64,000 bases of DNA. Origin: Bacillota bacterium. GTDB taxonomy: Bacteria; Bacillota; DTU025. The notes under the pieces are model-generated. The model did not search any database. It was not told the origin of the DNA and worked only from the letters and a program-made list of their open reading frames with translations. Below are positions 28,072 to 37,025 of this stretch, in pieces (the first letter of the stretch is position 1; every line of letters starts with the position of its first letter). The position numbers were made by a program, and so were the translations under genes. The stretch spans positions 160,001 to 224,000 of the forward strand of contig JBMNJT010000008.1 of the NCBI GenBank assembly GCA_050951805.1, read 5' to 3'.

Positions 28072-28596
28072 ATGAAAAAGTATGCAGTGCCGATTATCCT
28101 GGCTTTTACTCTTGTTATTGCAAGTGGACTGGCCTCTGCGTCACACCTCTCTGCAGGCTATATATCCCGCGATGGGCAACTCAACTTCACGCTTGGAGGC
28201 AGGTACGATCTGGGCCGGGGTTCGTCTGTTGAAGGCTCCTACACGGTGCTTCCCGGGGGGTATGATGTGGCGGCAAGGTACAAGATGGCCCTTTACAGGA
28301 GCTCTGTAGTGGCAGGCCCGGTCTTCGAGGGCAGGCTCATCGGGGATCATGTTTACACTTCACAGGCTCTTTCGGCGGGGGTTTTTGCTGAGAAGATCGG
28401 GGTGACAGGTCTTGGACTCCATGGGGGTCTCGTGTTCAGGCAAAGGCTAGACGCCTCAGGTGGCGGACTCGTGGCCAATGTAGGAGCGCGGATGGCTCTC
28501 TCAGACCCGCTTTTCCTGGGAGTTGACGCTTCTATGGGCCTTACCGGCGGAGTGGCAGGGACTGAGGTCGGATTCACGGTGGGGTATTCTTTTTAG
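28072..28596 (+). CDS. Predicted small outer-membrane beta-barrel protein
   Basis: MKK signal peptide (ASA), amphipathic strands, C-terminus GFTVGYSF. Confidence 0.72.
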   Translation: MKKYAVPIILAFTLVIASGLASASHLSAGYISRDGQLNFTLGGRYDLGRGSSVEGSYTVLPGGYDVAARYKMALYRSSVVAGPVFEGRLIGDHVYTSQALSAGVFAEKIGVTGLGLHGGLVFRQRLDASGGGLVANVGARMALSDPLFLGVDASMGLTGGVAGTEVGFTVGYSF

Positions 28597-28877
28597 GGAA
28601 GCGCCTCGCGCTTGTTCTCAAATGGAATGGTCGGTTGTCAGCTGTTGCCCACTGGCGGCAGAGCCTGACAGCACCGATGATTGCAGGGGGATTCGAACAT
28701 GTCGAAGCCCCCTGCTTCTTGTTGGGTCAGGGGATGCAATGGGGGTCACCCGGGTGATTTGTTAGCAGATGCAGGAAAATATGGGACCATGACGTAAGTA
28801 ATACCATCAAATGACGGCGATGTCGGCAACTGCTTGATACAGTTGTCGACGTCAAGTGAAGGGTGGGGGGCTTGCTC

Positions 28878-30461
28878 ATGGAAGAACCCCGATACTCCGC
28901 AAAATCCCGTGTTTTAGCGGCTGTTTGCATTTCTGTCGCCATTGTGCTGTCTTTTTTTCTATTGTCGGGTGAAGCTAGAGCGCACGAGGGACAATGGAAA
29001 TATGGAGGAAGTTCGGCGTTTAAGGTCTATTGGCAGAATGCGCTCAGGATCGATAACTCCACAAGTCTGTATATCTTTGGCACCACGGGTCCATTGAGGG
29101 TAGGAGTGCAGGCCAAGGTGTTGGCGGCTAACTGGGGAATTCCAGGTGAGGCGCTGATGTTGGGACCTTTGGGTGAATGGACGGAAAGGTGGAGCGTTTC
29201 ATTGCAAGCGCCAACGGCCTCCCTACAGCTGGGAGATGTCTATATTCCCACCATGTCAGGGCTTTACTTGGCGGGCAGGTCCTTGCATGGAGGGGTCGGA
29301 AGTGTATGGGGCAGTGCGGGAGGCGTTTCTGGCACCGTAACAGGATTCTGCGGAACGAATGCCGTGAGCTCGGGCTTTACTGTTAACTCATACCAAGTAA
29401 GTGGAGGCTCTGCAGAAGCCAGCTTTGGTAGAAAGATTGGCCTGTCGTTGCGCGGTCTTTCGGGCGAACGGGACGGCTTCGATGTTGATCTGGTCGGAGC
29501 GCGAATCTGGGCTGCTCTAGGGAATGCCGATATCACAGGAGAGCTTGTCGGATCCAGGAACAACCCGGTAGGTGAGTCGGGCTATACTGCGCTTGCAGGC
29601 GCCAGAGTGCCTGCTTGCGGCGGAGTGTTGTCTCTGTCGGGCAAATATGCCAGCGATGAGTTTGTCTCGCTTAATCCGGCGGTTTCAGGTAGCAAAGGGG
29701 GCAATGCGGAAACGTCGATTTCGTGGTCAGGCGATGTGCTGCGAAGCTCAGCAGGGCATGCGATGCGTTTTGCAGTCACCGGGACGTTAGCTGCCGACAA
29801 CATGGATGGCTCGGCGCCCGTTCAGAATGTGGAACGCTCGGCTGAATCTCAGGTGACCCTCGTTTCCGGGCGGGGCCAGCTCATCGAAGGGAAATACACA
29901 GTATTGCACTGGGAATCAGATGAGGAACCGGCGCCGAACTACATGAAAACAAAGCACGTTGCGTCTATTGAGTCGGCTTTTCCTGTAAAGATGGGGCCGG
30001 GCACTGTCGATGTTGGCACTAGGGCAATCCATTCCGTTGTCATAGACCACGTTGGTCGCTTTCGTGACGCGCTTGATCTTCTGTCAATGTCAGGCGCTGG
30101 GAGCATAGGAGAGACGGAATATGCTGTCAAGGCCGGATGGAGCAGATCAGTCAGGGATACTGCGGGTTACGAAAAACGTGACCTCGAGGCTTCACTTTCG
30201 TTGTCCCGCCCCATCGCGGCAGGATTATTCATTGGGGGCTTGAATGCAACAGCATACGATTCGCGCGCATTCGGGGCGGGGGACGCTGAACCGGAGAGTG
30301 TTAAGGACGCTTTAAAGGTTAGAGTCTGGCTACGGTACGCGTCCAAGCCTTGGATGGAGGCGGCGATAGGGGCAAATGCAACGCGGGCGTGGAAGGGGCC
30401 GGAGATGGCCCCCCATGATTTAGACTGTTTCATTCAGGGAGAGCTGAAGGTCAGGTTTTAG
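28878..30461 (+). CDS. Predicted large outer-membrane beta-barrel protein
   Basis: Signal peptide (ARA), Gly/Ser/aromatic beta-rich sequence, C-terminus IQGELKVRF. Confidence 0.6.
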   Translation: MEEPRYSAKSRVLAAVCISVAIVLSFFLLSGEARAHEGQWKYGGSSAFKVYWQNALRIDNSTSLYIFGTTGPLRVGVQAKVLAANWGIPGEALMLGPLGEWTERWSVSLQAPTASLQLGDVYIPTMSGLYLAGRSLHGGVGSVWGSAGGVSGTVTGFCGTNAVSSGFTVNSYQVSGGSAEASFGRKIGLSLRGLSGERDGFDVDLVGARIWAALGNADITGELVGSRNNPVGESGYTALAGARVPACGGVLSLSGKYASDEFVSLNPAVSGSKGGNAETSISWSGDVLRSSAGHAMRFAVTGTLAADNMDGSAPVQNVERSAESQVTLVSGRGQLIEGKYTVLHWESDEEPAPNYMKTKHVASIESAFPVKMGPGTVDVGTRAIHSVVIDHVGRFRDALDLLSMSGAGSIGETEYAVKAGWSRSVRDTAGYEKRDLEASLSLSRPIAAGLFIGGLNATAYDSRAFGAGDAEPESVKDALKVRVWLRYASKPWMEAAIGANATRAWKGPEMAPHDLDCFIQGELKVRF

Positions 30462-30635
30462 GGCCGCCCATTTGTGGCTGTGAGGACGCACGCGCACTCT
30501 CGATTTCGGCAAACTCTTCTTCTGCCGTTTGACTTGCCTCAACATATCCATGACATTTGTAGGTGTGACAGGCAATGGGGCAGCCTAGACTTGGCGTAAT
30601 CTCCGGGCTTCTCCAAAAGGGAAACGGGTTTTTGA

Positions 30636-30660
30636 AGGATGGGAGTATACAATGGCGAAT
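30636..30660 (+). promoter_or_regulatory. SigH-like promoter upstream of tnaA
   Basis: AGGATGG-N14-GAAT, same spacing as the 27202 site. Confidence 0.55.
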
Positions 30661-30686
30661 ATCTCCTAACTGTGAGGTGATTTGCC

Positions 30687-32069
30687 ATGCGACCGCGTGA
30701 CGAGTATGCAGAACCGTATCGAGTCAAGATGGTTGAACCTATCAAGATGACCACGAGGGAGGAAAGAATCGGGAAAATCGAGGGTGCTGGGTACAACGTC
30801 TTCAACCTCAGAGCCGAAGATGTATACATCGACCTTCTCACCGACAGCGGAACGCCAGCAATGAGCGACACTCAATGGGCTGCCCTCATGTGTGGGGATG
30901 AAGCTTACGCTGGCAGCAAGAGTTTCTACCGCTTCCGGGACGTAGTGCGGAACATCACGGGCTACGAATACGTGATCCCGGCTCACCAGGGGCGGGGCGC
31001 CGAACACGTGATCATGACGGCACTTGTGAAAGATGGGGATGCGGTCCTCGGAAATATGCACTTTGACACCACCATGGGTCACATTCTCCTCCGAGGCGCA
31101 GAACCGGTCAATCTCTTGAAGAAGGAGGGGTATGAGGTCGAAAGCACCGAACCGTTCAAAGGCAACATTGATATTGAGGCCCTCGAGAGGGAGCTTGATA
31201 AGCGCGGATCCGAGAAGGTTCCGTTCGTGCTCATGACGGTAACGTGCAATAGCAATGGCGGGCAACCCGTATCCATGGAGAACATAAAGGCGGCCAGTGA
31301 GATAGCGCACAAACACAATGTGCCGCTATTTTTTGATTGTGCCAGGTTTGCCGAAAACTCGTGGTTTATCAAGAATCGCGAACCCGGATATGAGAATAAG
31401 AGCTTGCTCGAGATCGCCCAGGAGATGTTCTCCTACGGAGACGGCTGTATAATGAGCGCAAAGAAAGATGCGCTGGTCAATATCGGAGGGTTTGCCGCCG
31501 TGCGTGACCCCGACATCTATCATAAGGCCATCGAATGGGAAATACCCTTCGAAGGCTATTTGACATACGGCGGCCTTGCCGGACGAGACCTCGAGGCCAT
31601 GGCGCAGGGTCTTTCGGAAGTGTTGGACGACGACTACCTTGAGGACCGCATCGGTCAAGTTGCCTACCTCGCCGACCTTTTACTAGAGAGGGGAGTGCCG
31701 GTGATAACGCCCGCAGGCGGACATGGCGTATATGTTGATGCCAAAGCCGTGTTGCCCCATATTCCGCAATCTGAGTTTCCGGCCCAGGCGATGACGGTGG
31801 AACTGTACATCGAGGGCGGGGTTCGTGGCGTGGAGCTCGGCGCATGCGCCTTCGCCCGGACTGATCCGGCCACTGGCGAGACTATCTATCCAGAGCTGGA
31901 ACTGGTCAGGCTGGCTATTCCGCGACGAGTCTACACTGACAGGCACATGCTCCAAGTGGCAAGGGCCTTCGAGGGCATCCTTGAGAGGCGGAGCTCCATC
32001 CGGGGACTGCGAATTACGTATGAGGCTCCGGTGCTGCGCCACTTCACTGCGGAATTCGAAAGAGTGTAG
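30687..32069 (+). CDS. tnaA: Tryptophanase
   Basis: IDLLTDSGT, HQGRGAE, MSAKKD and LRHFTA. These are TnaA-type; tyrosine phenol-lyase has MSGKKD and LRFFTA. Confidence 0.88.
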   Translation: MRPRDEYAEPYRVKMVEPIKMTTREERIGKIEGAGYNVFNLRAEDVYIDLLTDSGTPAMSDTQWAALMCGDEAYAGSKSFYRFRDVVRNITGYEYVIPAHQGRGAEHVIMTALVKDGDAVLGNMHFDTTMGHILLRGAEPVNLLKKEGYEVESTEPFKGNIDIEALERELDKRGSEKVPFVLMTVTCNSNGGQPVSMENIKAASEIAHKHNVPLFFDCARFAENSWFIKNREPGYENKSLLEIAQEMFSYGDGCIMSAKKDALVNIGGFAAVRDPDIYHKAIEWEIPFEGYLTYGGLAGRDLEAMAQGLSEVLDDDYLEDRIGQVAYLADLLLERGVPVITPAGGHGVYVDAKAVLPHIPQSEFPAQAMTVELYIEGGVRGVELGACAFARTDPATGETIYPELELVRLAIPRRVYTDRHMLQVARAFEGILERRSSIRGLRITYEAPVLRHFTAEFERV

Positions 32070-32184
32070 ATGGGCTTGGTCTGAAAAAGCCGGGTTGTCT
32101 TAGCTCGCTTGGGTCCAAGATCTGCAGGATAATTGTTGCTTATGACGAAATCTTGCGCATAGGCCCTAAATGGAGGAATGGCAG

Positions 32185-32565
32185 ATGAAGCGTGCTTTGC
32201 TCGGTGCAGCTATTGTTCTGATGTGCACATGCTTGACCGGATGCACTCTGTACTTCGGAGGGTGGGCAACTGCCAGTGGTCGTGTCGTTGAGTGCGCAGA
32301 GGGCAGCGAGGGGCAGGTCATTCAGCTTCCTGTTTGCGGCGCGATAGTAACACTCACATCAGCTTCCAACCCCGATTACAGCTTGAACTGTGATACTGAC
32401 GAAAATGGATATTGGTTTACTCCGGTCAAAGTTAAGTGCGATATGTACAAAGTGACGGCGAAGATGGATGGATACGCTGATGCGGGGCCGATTGACTTTC
32501 CAATAGCAAAGCGAGGCGCCCACTGCATTATGGAGAGGCCCATTGTAATGCAGAAGCACAAGTAG
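32185..32565 (+). CDS. Lipoprotein with carboxypeptidase-regulatory-like beta-sandwich domain
   Basis: Lipobox LTGC; GAIVTL, TDENGYW, YKVTAKMDGY. Confidence 0.7.
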   Translation: MKRALLGAAIVLMCTCLTGCTLYFGGWATASGRVVECAEGSEGQVIQLPVCGAIVTLTSASNPDYSLNCDTDENGYWFTPVKVKCDMYKVTAKMDGYADAGPIDFPIAKRGAHCIMERPIVMQKHK

Positions 32566-32699
32566 CCGCCGATTAACTGAGTTGACAGGCTGCATAAGTT
32601 GTTGACAAGACGCCCTTTCCACTTCAGGCGGGGAGGGCGTTTGCTTACTCGCTTCTCTGGGGAGCATATTCATGAGCACATCGAAGGAGCGAGTTCGCA

Positions 32700-33668
32700 A
32701 TGAAACACCTTATCCACACTAGGCGGCGGAATAAAGTCTCTGTGATCGGCGCTGGCCTTGTAGGGTCGACTTATGCATACACTTTGATGCTTAGCGGGGC
32801 AGCGTCAGAGATAGTCCTGCTGGACGCCTGCGTCCAGCGGGCGGAGGGCGAAGCCATGGACCTTTCGCATGGCGCTCCTTTTGCGCCTCCTGTCCGCATA
32901 AGGAGCGGAGACTGGGAGGCCACCTCCAATTCGGACATTGTGGTGATAACTGCCGGGGCGGCGCAGAAACCGGGAGAGACCAGGCTCGACCTCGCCAAAA
33001 GCAACGTGGAGGTTTTCCGGGACATAGTGCCCAAGGCTGCTGCCGCCAGTCCGGATTCGATAATGCTCGTCGTCACCAACCCAGTCGATCTCATGGCGTA
33101 TGCCGCGATCGTGATGTCGGGGTTTCCTGCTAGTCGAGTCATAGGTTCTGGCACCCTTCTTGACAGCGCCAGGTTGAGGCAACTCATCGGCGAGCATTGC
33201 AAGGTCGCGCCTGGAAATGTTCATGCATACATCATCGGCGAGCACGGAGACTCAGAAGTGCCTCTTTGGAGCACCGCAAACATTGCAGGCTTGCGTCTGG
33301 ACGAGTATTGCCCTGTGTGCGGGAGGGCATGCGACAGCTCCATCAGAACCCGAATCTTTGAGGAAGTGCGCGATGCAGCATATGAAGTTATAGAGCGAAA
33401 AGGCGCCACGTACTATGCAATAGCCTTGGCCCTCACCGCAGTCACCCGCGCCATACTCCGCGATGAGAGTGCTGTTATGACTGTCTCTTGCCTCATAGAT
33501 GGATTCTGCGGCGCCCGCGACGTATGTCTTTCATTGCCCGCGGTGATTAATCGCTCGGGTGTCGACCGTTTCCTCCACATCCCCCTCACAGAGGATGAAT
33601 GTGAGAACTTTGAGAAATCCGCCCGGGTACTGCAAGATGCTGCTGTTCAGGTTGGCCTACGCAATTGA
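32700..33668 (+). CDS. ldh: L-lactate dehydrogenase
   Basis: IGAGLVG, AGAAQKPGETRLDL, GSGTLLDSAR, GEHGDS, KGATYYAIA. Confidence 0.95.
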   Translation: MKHLIHTRRRNKVSVIGAGLVGSTYAYTLMLSGAASEIVLLDACVQRAEGEAMDLSHGAPFAPPVRIRSGDWEATSNSDIVVITAGAAQKPGETRLDLAKSNVEVFRDIVPKAAAASPDSIMLVVTNPVDLMAYAAIVMSGFPASRVIGSGTLLDSARLRQLIGEHCKVAPGNVHAYIIGEHGDSEVPLWSTANIAGLRLDEYCPVCGRACDSSIRTRIFEEVRDAAYEVIERKGATYYAIALALTAVTRAILRDESAVMTVSCLIDGFCGARDVCLSLPAVINRSGVDRFLHIPLTEDECENFEKSARVLQDAAVQVGLRN

Positions 33669-34636
33669 GAAGAGTTGCTTGGCAATGAGTGTCGTGGTTT
33701 AATTGGCGGCAATAGTCGCGCTAACATCGGGCTTGCGGGGGGGACGCATGTGATGAAGATTGCAGCCAAAGACGCGTTTTGTTCAAGGCGCAGAGTCTGC
33801 CAACTTGCGTGTCCCGTTATCGGTATTTGGCGAAAATAACTCCAATATGGGCCTTTTGGCGTTAGGCAAAAAAGAAGCATCTTATCCCATCAGAACGCTG
33901 CGATTTGGCTTCGGCATGTTTGAGGAGGCAGTGCTGACTGGAGAATCCTACTTCAGGAATGTCCCATTTCGTTGGACGGGCACCCCATCCAACTGGATCT
34001 CGCCGCCCTTTCGAAGGTCTGCGATCATATCCCAGAAGAGAATGTCCCGGGTGAACTTGGTTATCCCCATGTTCGACCCGATCCCGAATTCCCCTATATA
34101 CCTCGCTCCCGGGTCGGTATCGAGCATCTCCATGAGAAACTCCCCATTCTTCTCAGCACTGGCCTTCCGCTCAATCCTCCACAGGCGAAAAGAAGACCTC
34201 GCCATCGGGCATATTGTAATGTCCGTCGCAGTTGATGCCCGGCCTGTCGGCTATGGAGAACCGTAGATCAGTCGCTTCTTTGCGGCCTCCACTTGGCGCT
34301 TCGATAATCTCGGGCCAGTCCACGTTTGTAGCTCCGAAGACGAAATCCTCGTATTCCCCTAGCGACATCTCGGCCTTTTGAGCCAGTGTATTGCATGGGA
34401 AGTTGCAGCAGCACCACCTCACACTGCTCTTCATCAACCAATCGGAGACAGGCTGTACGGCTCGGCGCCTAACCCCCATTTTGGCAGGGCTCACATTCGC
34501 AGTCTCGGATATGCTTATCAGGCAATCCGATGCCTCATATTCCGCGAGGTCGATCGGGAGCAAAGTGGCCAACTGCTCTTGTATGCTTCCTCATAGAGAA
34601 TCCGCGTCACCTCGGGCATGGAGACTTTGAACCTAG

Positions 34637-36552
34637 GAATCTGCTCGGAAACTCCTCAAGGGCAGGCGTGAAGTTCGCCGCACCGAGTTGACTGAGAGCG
34701 ATGTATCATCATGCGCGGACGTATAGGACGGCTATGTTGGGTTTGTCATCATAATACGCAACATTGCTTTCAAGTTCGTGGTATTACGCCCACATATGTG
34801 CTATAATAGCAGTATAACATGTGTTTGGAGGCTACATCCATGCAAGGCCGGCGCGAACAACAGTTGACGTTTTCCGATGCTCTCTGGCCCAATGAAATAC
34901 CCGAGAATTCCTACTGGGCAAGAATGCGAAAATACCTCCTTCAAATAGATGAATCAGTGTTCAGCCCTTTGTTTTCGCATACGGGGCGTCCCTCGATTTC
35001 ACCTGTGCTCACCTTTGGCGCAATGCTCATTCAGCTTGAAATGGGCTGGTCAGACAGGCAGTTGGAGGAAGAATCCCGGTTTGACGATCGCTGTAAATAT
35101 GCCTTCGGGGTGAGTCGGGATTTCGCGGGGATTGATGCAGTTACCCTCTGCGAGCATAGGGCAAGGTTCATAGAATCAGGCATCATATTCACCTTGTTTC
35201 GCGACTTGCTGGCCGACGCCAAAGCAAAAGACCTCCTCTCCGAGGACAAGCTCGAGATCGTCGATTCCTTTATGACCTATGGAGCCGCTGCTGTCCAAGA
35301 TACATACACATTGCTACGCAAGGGAGTCGTGCGGGTTCTCAAGATAGCCGAGTTCCATGAGCTCGATTCCAAGCTGACGCCTGTGCTTGGCCGCAAGGAT
35401 TACACAACCGATGCAAAACCCAAGATCAACTGGGATGACCCTGAGGAGAAGCGCCTTCTGTTGGAATCTTATGTTGTTGACGCACGTAACCTTGTAGCCG
35501 CCGTCCGTGCTTTGCAGCCTTTGCCCCGGGATTTGAAGGATGCGGCTGACCTGCTGGAACGCATTGCAAAGCAAGATATCGAGGACGATGATGGCCAGAT
35601 CAAGATGAAAAGAGGCGTTGCGAAAGACAGGATAATATCTGTTAATGACCCAGATATGCGACACGGGCGCAAGACATCGTCCTCCAAATTCGATGGGTAC
35701 AAAACGCACATCATGACCGATGGCAATTTCGTAACTGCCGTGGTTGAGACGCCTGCCAACAAGGCTGACTCCGAACCATTCCCTGATCTTATGGATCAAT
35801 GTGAGGCAAATGGAATCAAGTTTACGGAGGTCATGGGCGACAGCGCATACAGCAATTGGCCGATTATCGACAGAAAGGCCAAGGATGGGATAACTGTGAT
35901 AGCCAAAGTGCCATCGGAACCGATAGTGGATGGAAGATACCCAAAGAGCAAATTTGACATAGACACGGAAAACGGTGTGGTTGCCTGCCCAGAGGGGTTT
36001 GCAGCTCAGTTTGATCCATCTGCGATCGAGAGGCGAGAAGGGACCGTTGCTCGTTTTTCAGACTGCACGGAATGCCCCTCAAAAGCGGAATGCACGGGTT
36101 CTCCAAGAGGCCGCAGCATATCAATTCATCGCTATGAGCCGGAGATAGCTGCAGAACGGAAAAAGCAGGCAACGCCGGAATTCAAGGAATTCTATTCAGA
36201 GCGCGCCAATGGCGAGAGGATCATAAGCCACCTGACAAGGCACGGGGGCAGACAAGCAAGGTACATAGGAATCTTCAAAGTGTGGTGCCAGGAGGTCCTC
36301 ACAGCGCTCAATCACAACATCAAGGCCTTCTATAGACTGGCGCCAGCCACTGGCTAGATGTTGCAGGGGAGGACTGCCTGCAGAATCGGATGAACAGGGG
36401 CAAATGGCAAGCGCCTGAGGCAATTAAGGCCACAGGTTAGGCCCGTGATGCCCTCGGTCGTTGCGAATAGCCTTCAGATAACCGCATATTGCCTTTTCAT
36501 GATTGCCAAAGATCCCGTGGCGCTGATATCGGCTCTATTTACGAGCAGATTC
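34637..36552 (+). mobile_element. IS1182-family insertion sequence (1916 bp)
   Basis: Terminal IRs GAATCTGCTCGGAAA / TTTACGAGCAGATTC; CTAG duplicated at 34633-34636 and 36553-36556. Confidence 0.9.
34840..36357 (+). CDS. IS1182-family DDE transposase
   Basis: GRPSISP (DUF772-like), SDRQ, IVDS, DPDMRHGRK..FDGYK, GDSAY, CPEG, CxxCPxxxxC, R..GERIIS. Confidence 0.92.
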   Translation: MQGRREQQLTFSDALWPNEIPENSYWARMRKYLLQIDESVFSPLFSHTGRPSISPVLTFGAMLIQLEMGWSDRQLEEESRFDDRCKYAFGVSRDFAGIDAVTLCEHRARFIESGIIFTLFRDLLADAKAKDLLSEDKLEIVDSFMTYGAAAVQDTYTLLRKGVVRVLKIAEFHELDSKLTPVLGRKDYTTDAKPKINWDDPEEKRLLLESYVVDARNLVAAVRALQPLPRDLKDAADLLERIAKQDIEDDDGQIKMKRGVAKDRIISVNDPDMRHGRKTSSSKFDGYKTHIMTDGNFVTAVVETPANKADSEPFPDLMDQCEANGIKFTEVMGDSAYSNWPIIDRKAKDGITVIAKVPSEPIVDGRYPKSKFDIDTENGVVACPEGFAAQFDPSAIERREGTVARFSDCTECPSKAECTGSPRGRSISIHRYEPEIAAERKKQATPEFKEFYSERANGERIISHLTRHGGRQARYIGIFKVWCQEVLTALNHNIKAFYRLAPATG

Positions 36553-37025
36553 CTAGGATATCCTCCCCGTTGGAGGACTCTTCTGTACACCGCCTCCACC
36601 AGCTGCGAACCGTCGAGATCCGCGCTGATTATCACCACATCGCCATCTTGGACACTGACTGAGTAGTCTACAAGAGTCTTTGTCAGCTCCCACACCCTCG
36701 GGTCCATAATCATTACCTCCAATTCCGCATCGGCTTTTCCTATAGCAATTTTTCAGAAGCAGCTCTGGGTTTTCCTGCAGGCGAATTGGATTGTCTCCGA
36801 GCCTCCGCGAAACGCGCCTCGATCGCGATGCCTTGAATAGTTGGGGCTGGCATGGGGCTGTACTAAACCATATAGGCCGGGCTGGGCGGTGCGACCGCTT
36901 TCGAATATCGCCGACTGAATTGTCCCAGGCACCGAGAACCTGTATACTCAAGATGGCAGCCAGGGCTTGCCTTTCAAAGCAGAGCGGGCTCGGGTCCGCG
37001 TTGTCTGTACTGAGGTGATAAATTA

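Larger units (their letters stand above)
33948..36707 (-). pseudogene. M29 (AmpS/PepS-type) aminopeptidase, disrupted by IS1182 and frameshifts
   Basis: N-terminus MDPRVWELTKTLVDYS...GGYP|R (36707-36553) resumes as RFKVSMPEV.. below 34637. Later pieces NMPDGEVFFSPVED and DPGARYIGEFGIG are in different frames. Confidence 0.88.

Noticed and set aside
30534-30599. TnaC-like leader peptide (..ICRCDRQWGSLDLA*) upstream of tnaA
   Set aside because: No RBS, lacks the terminal Pro, and lies upstream of the SigH-like promoter. Probably chance.
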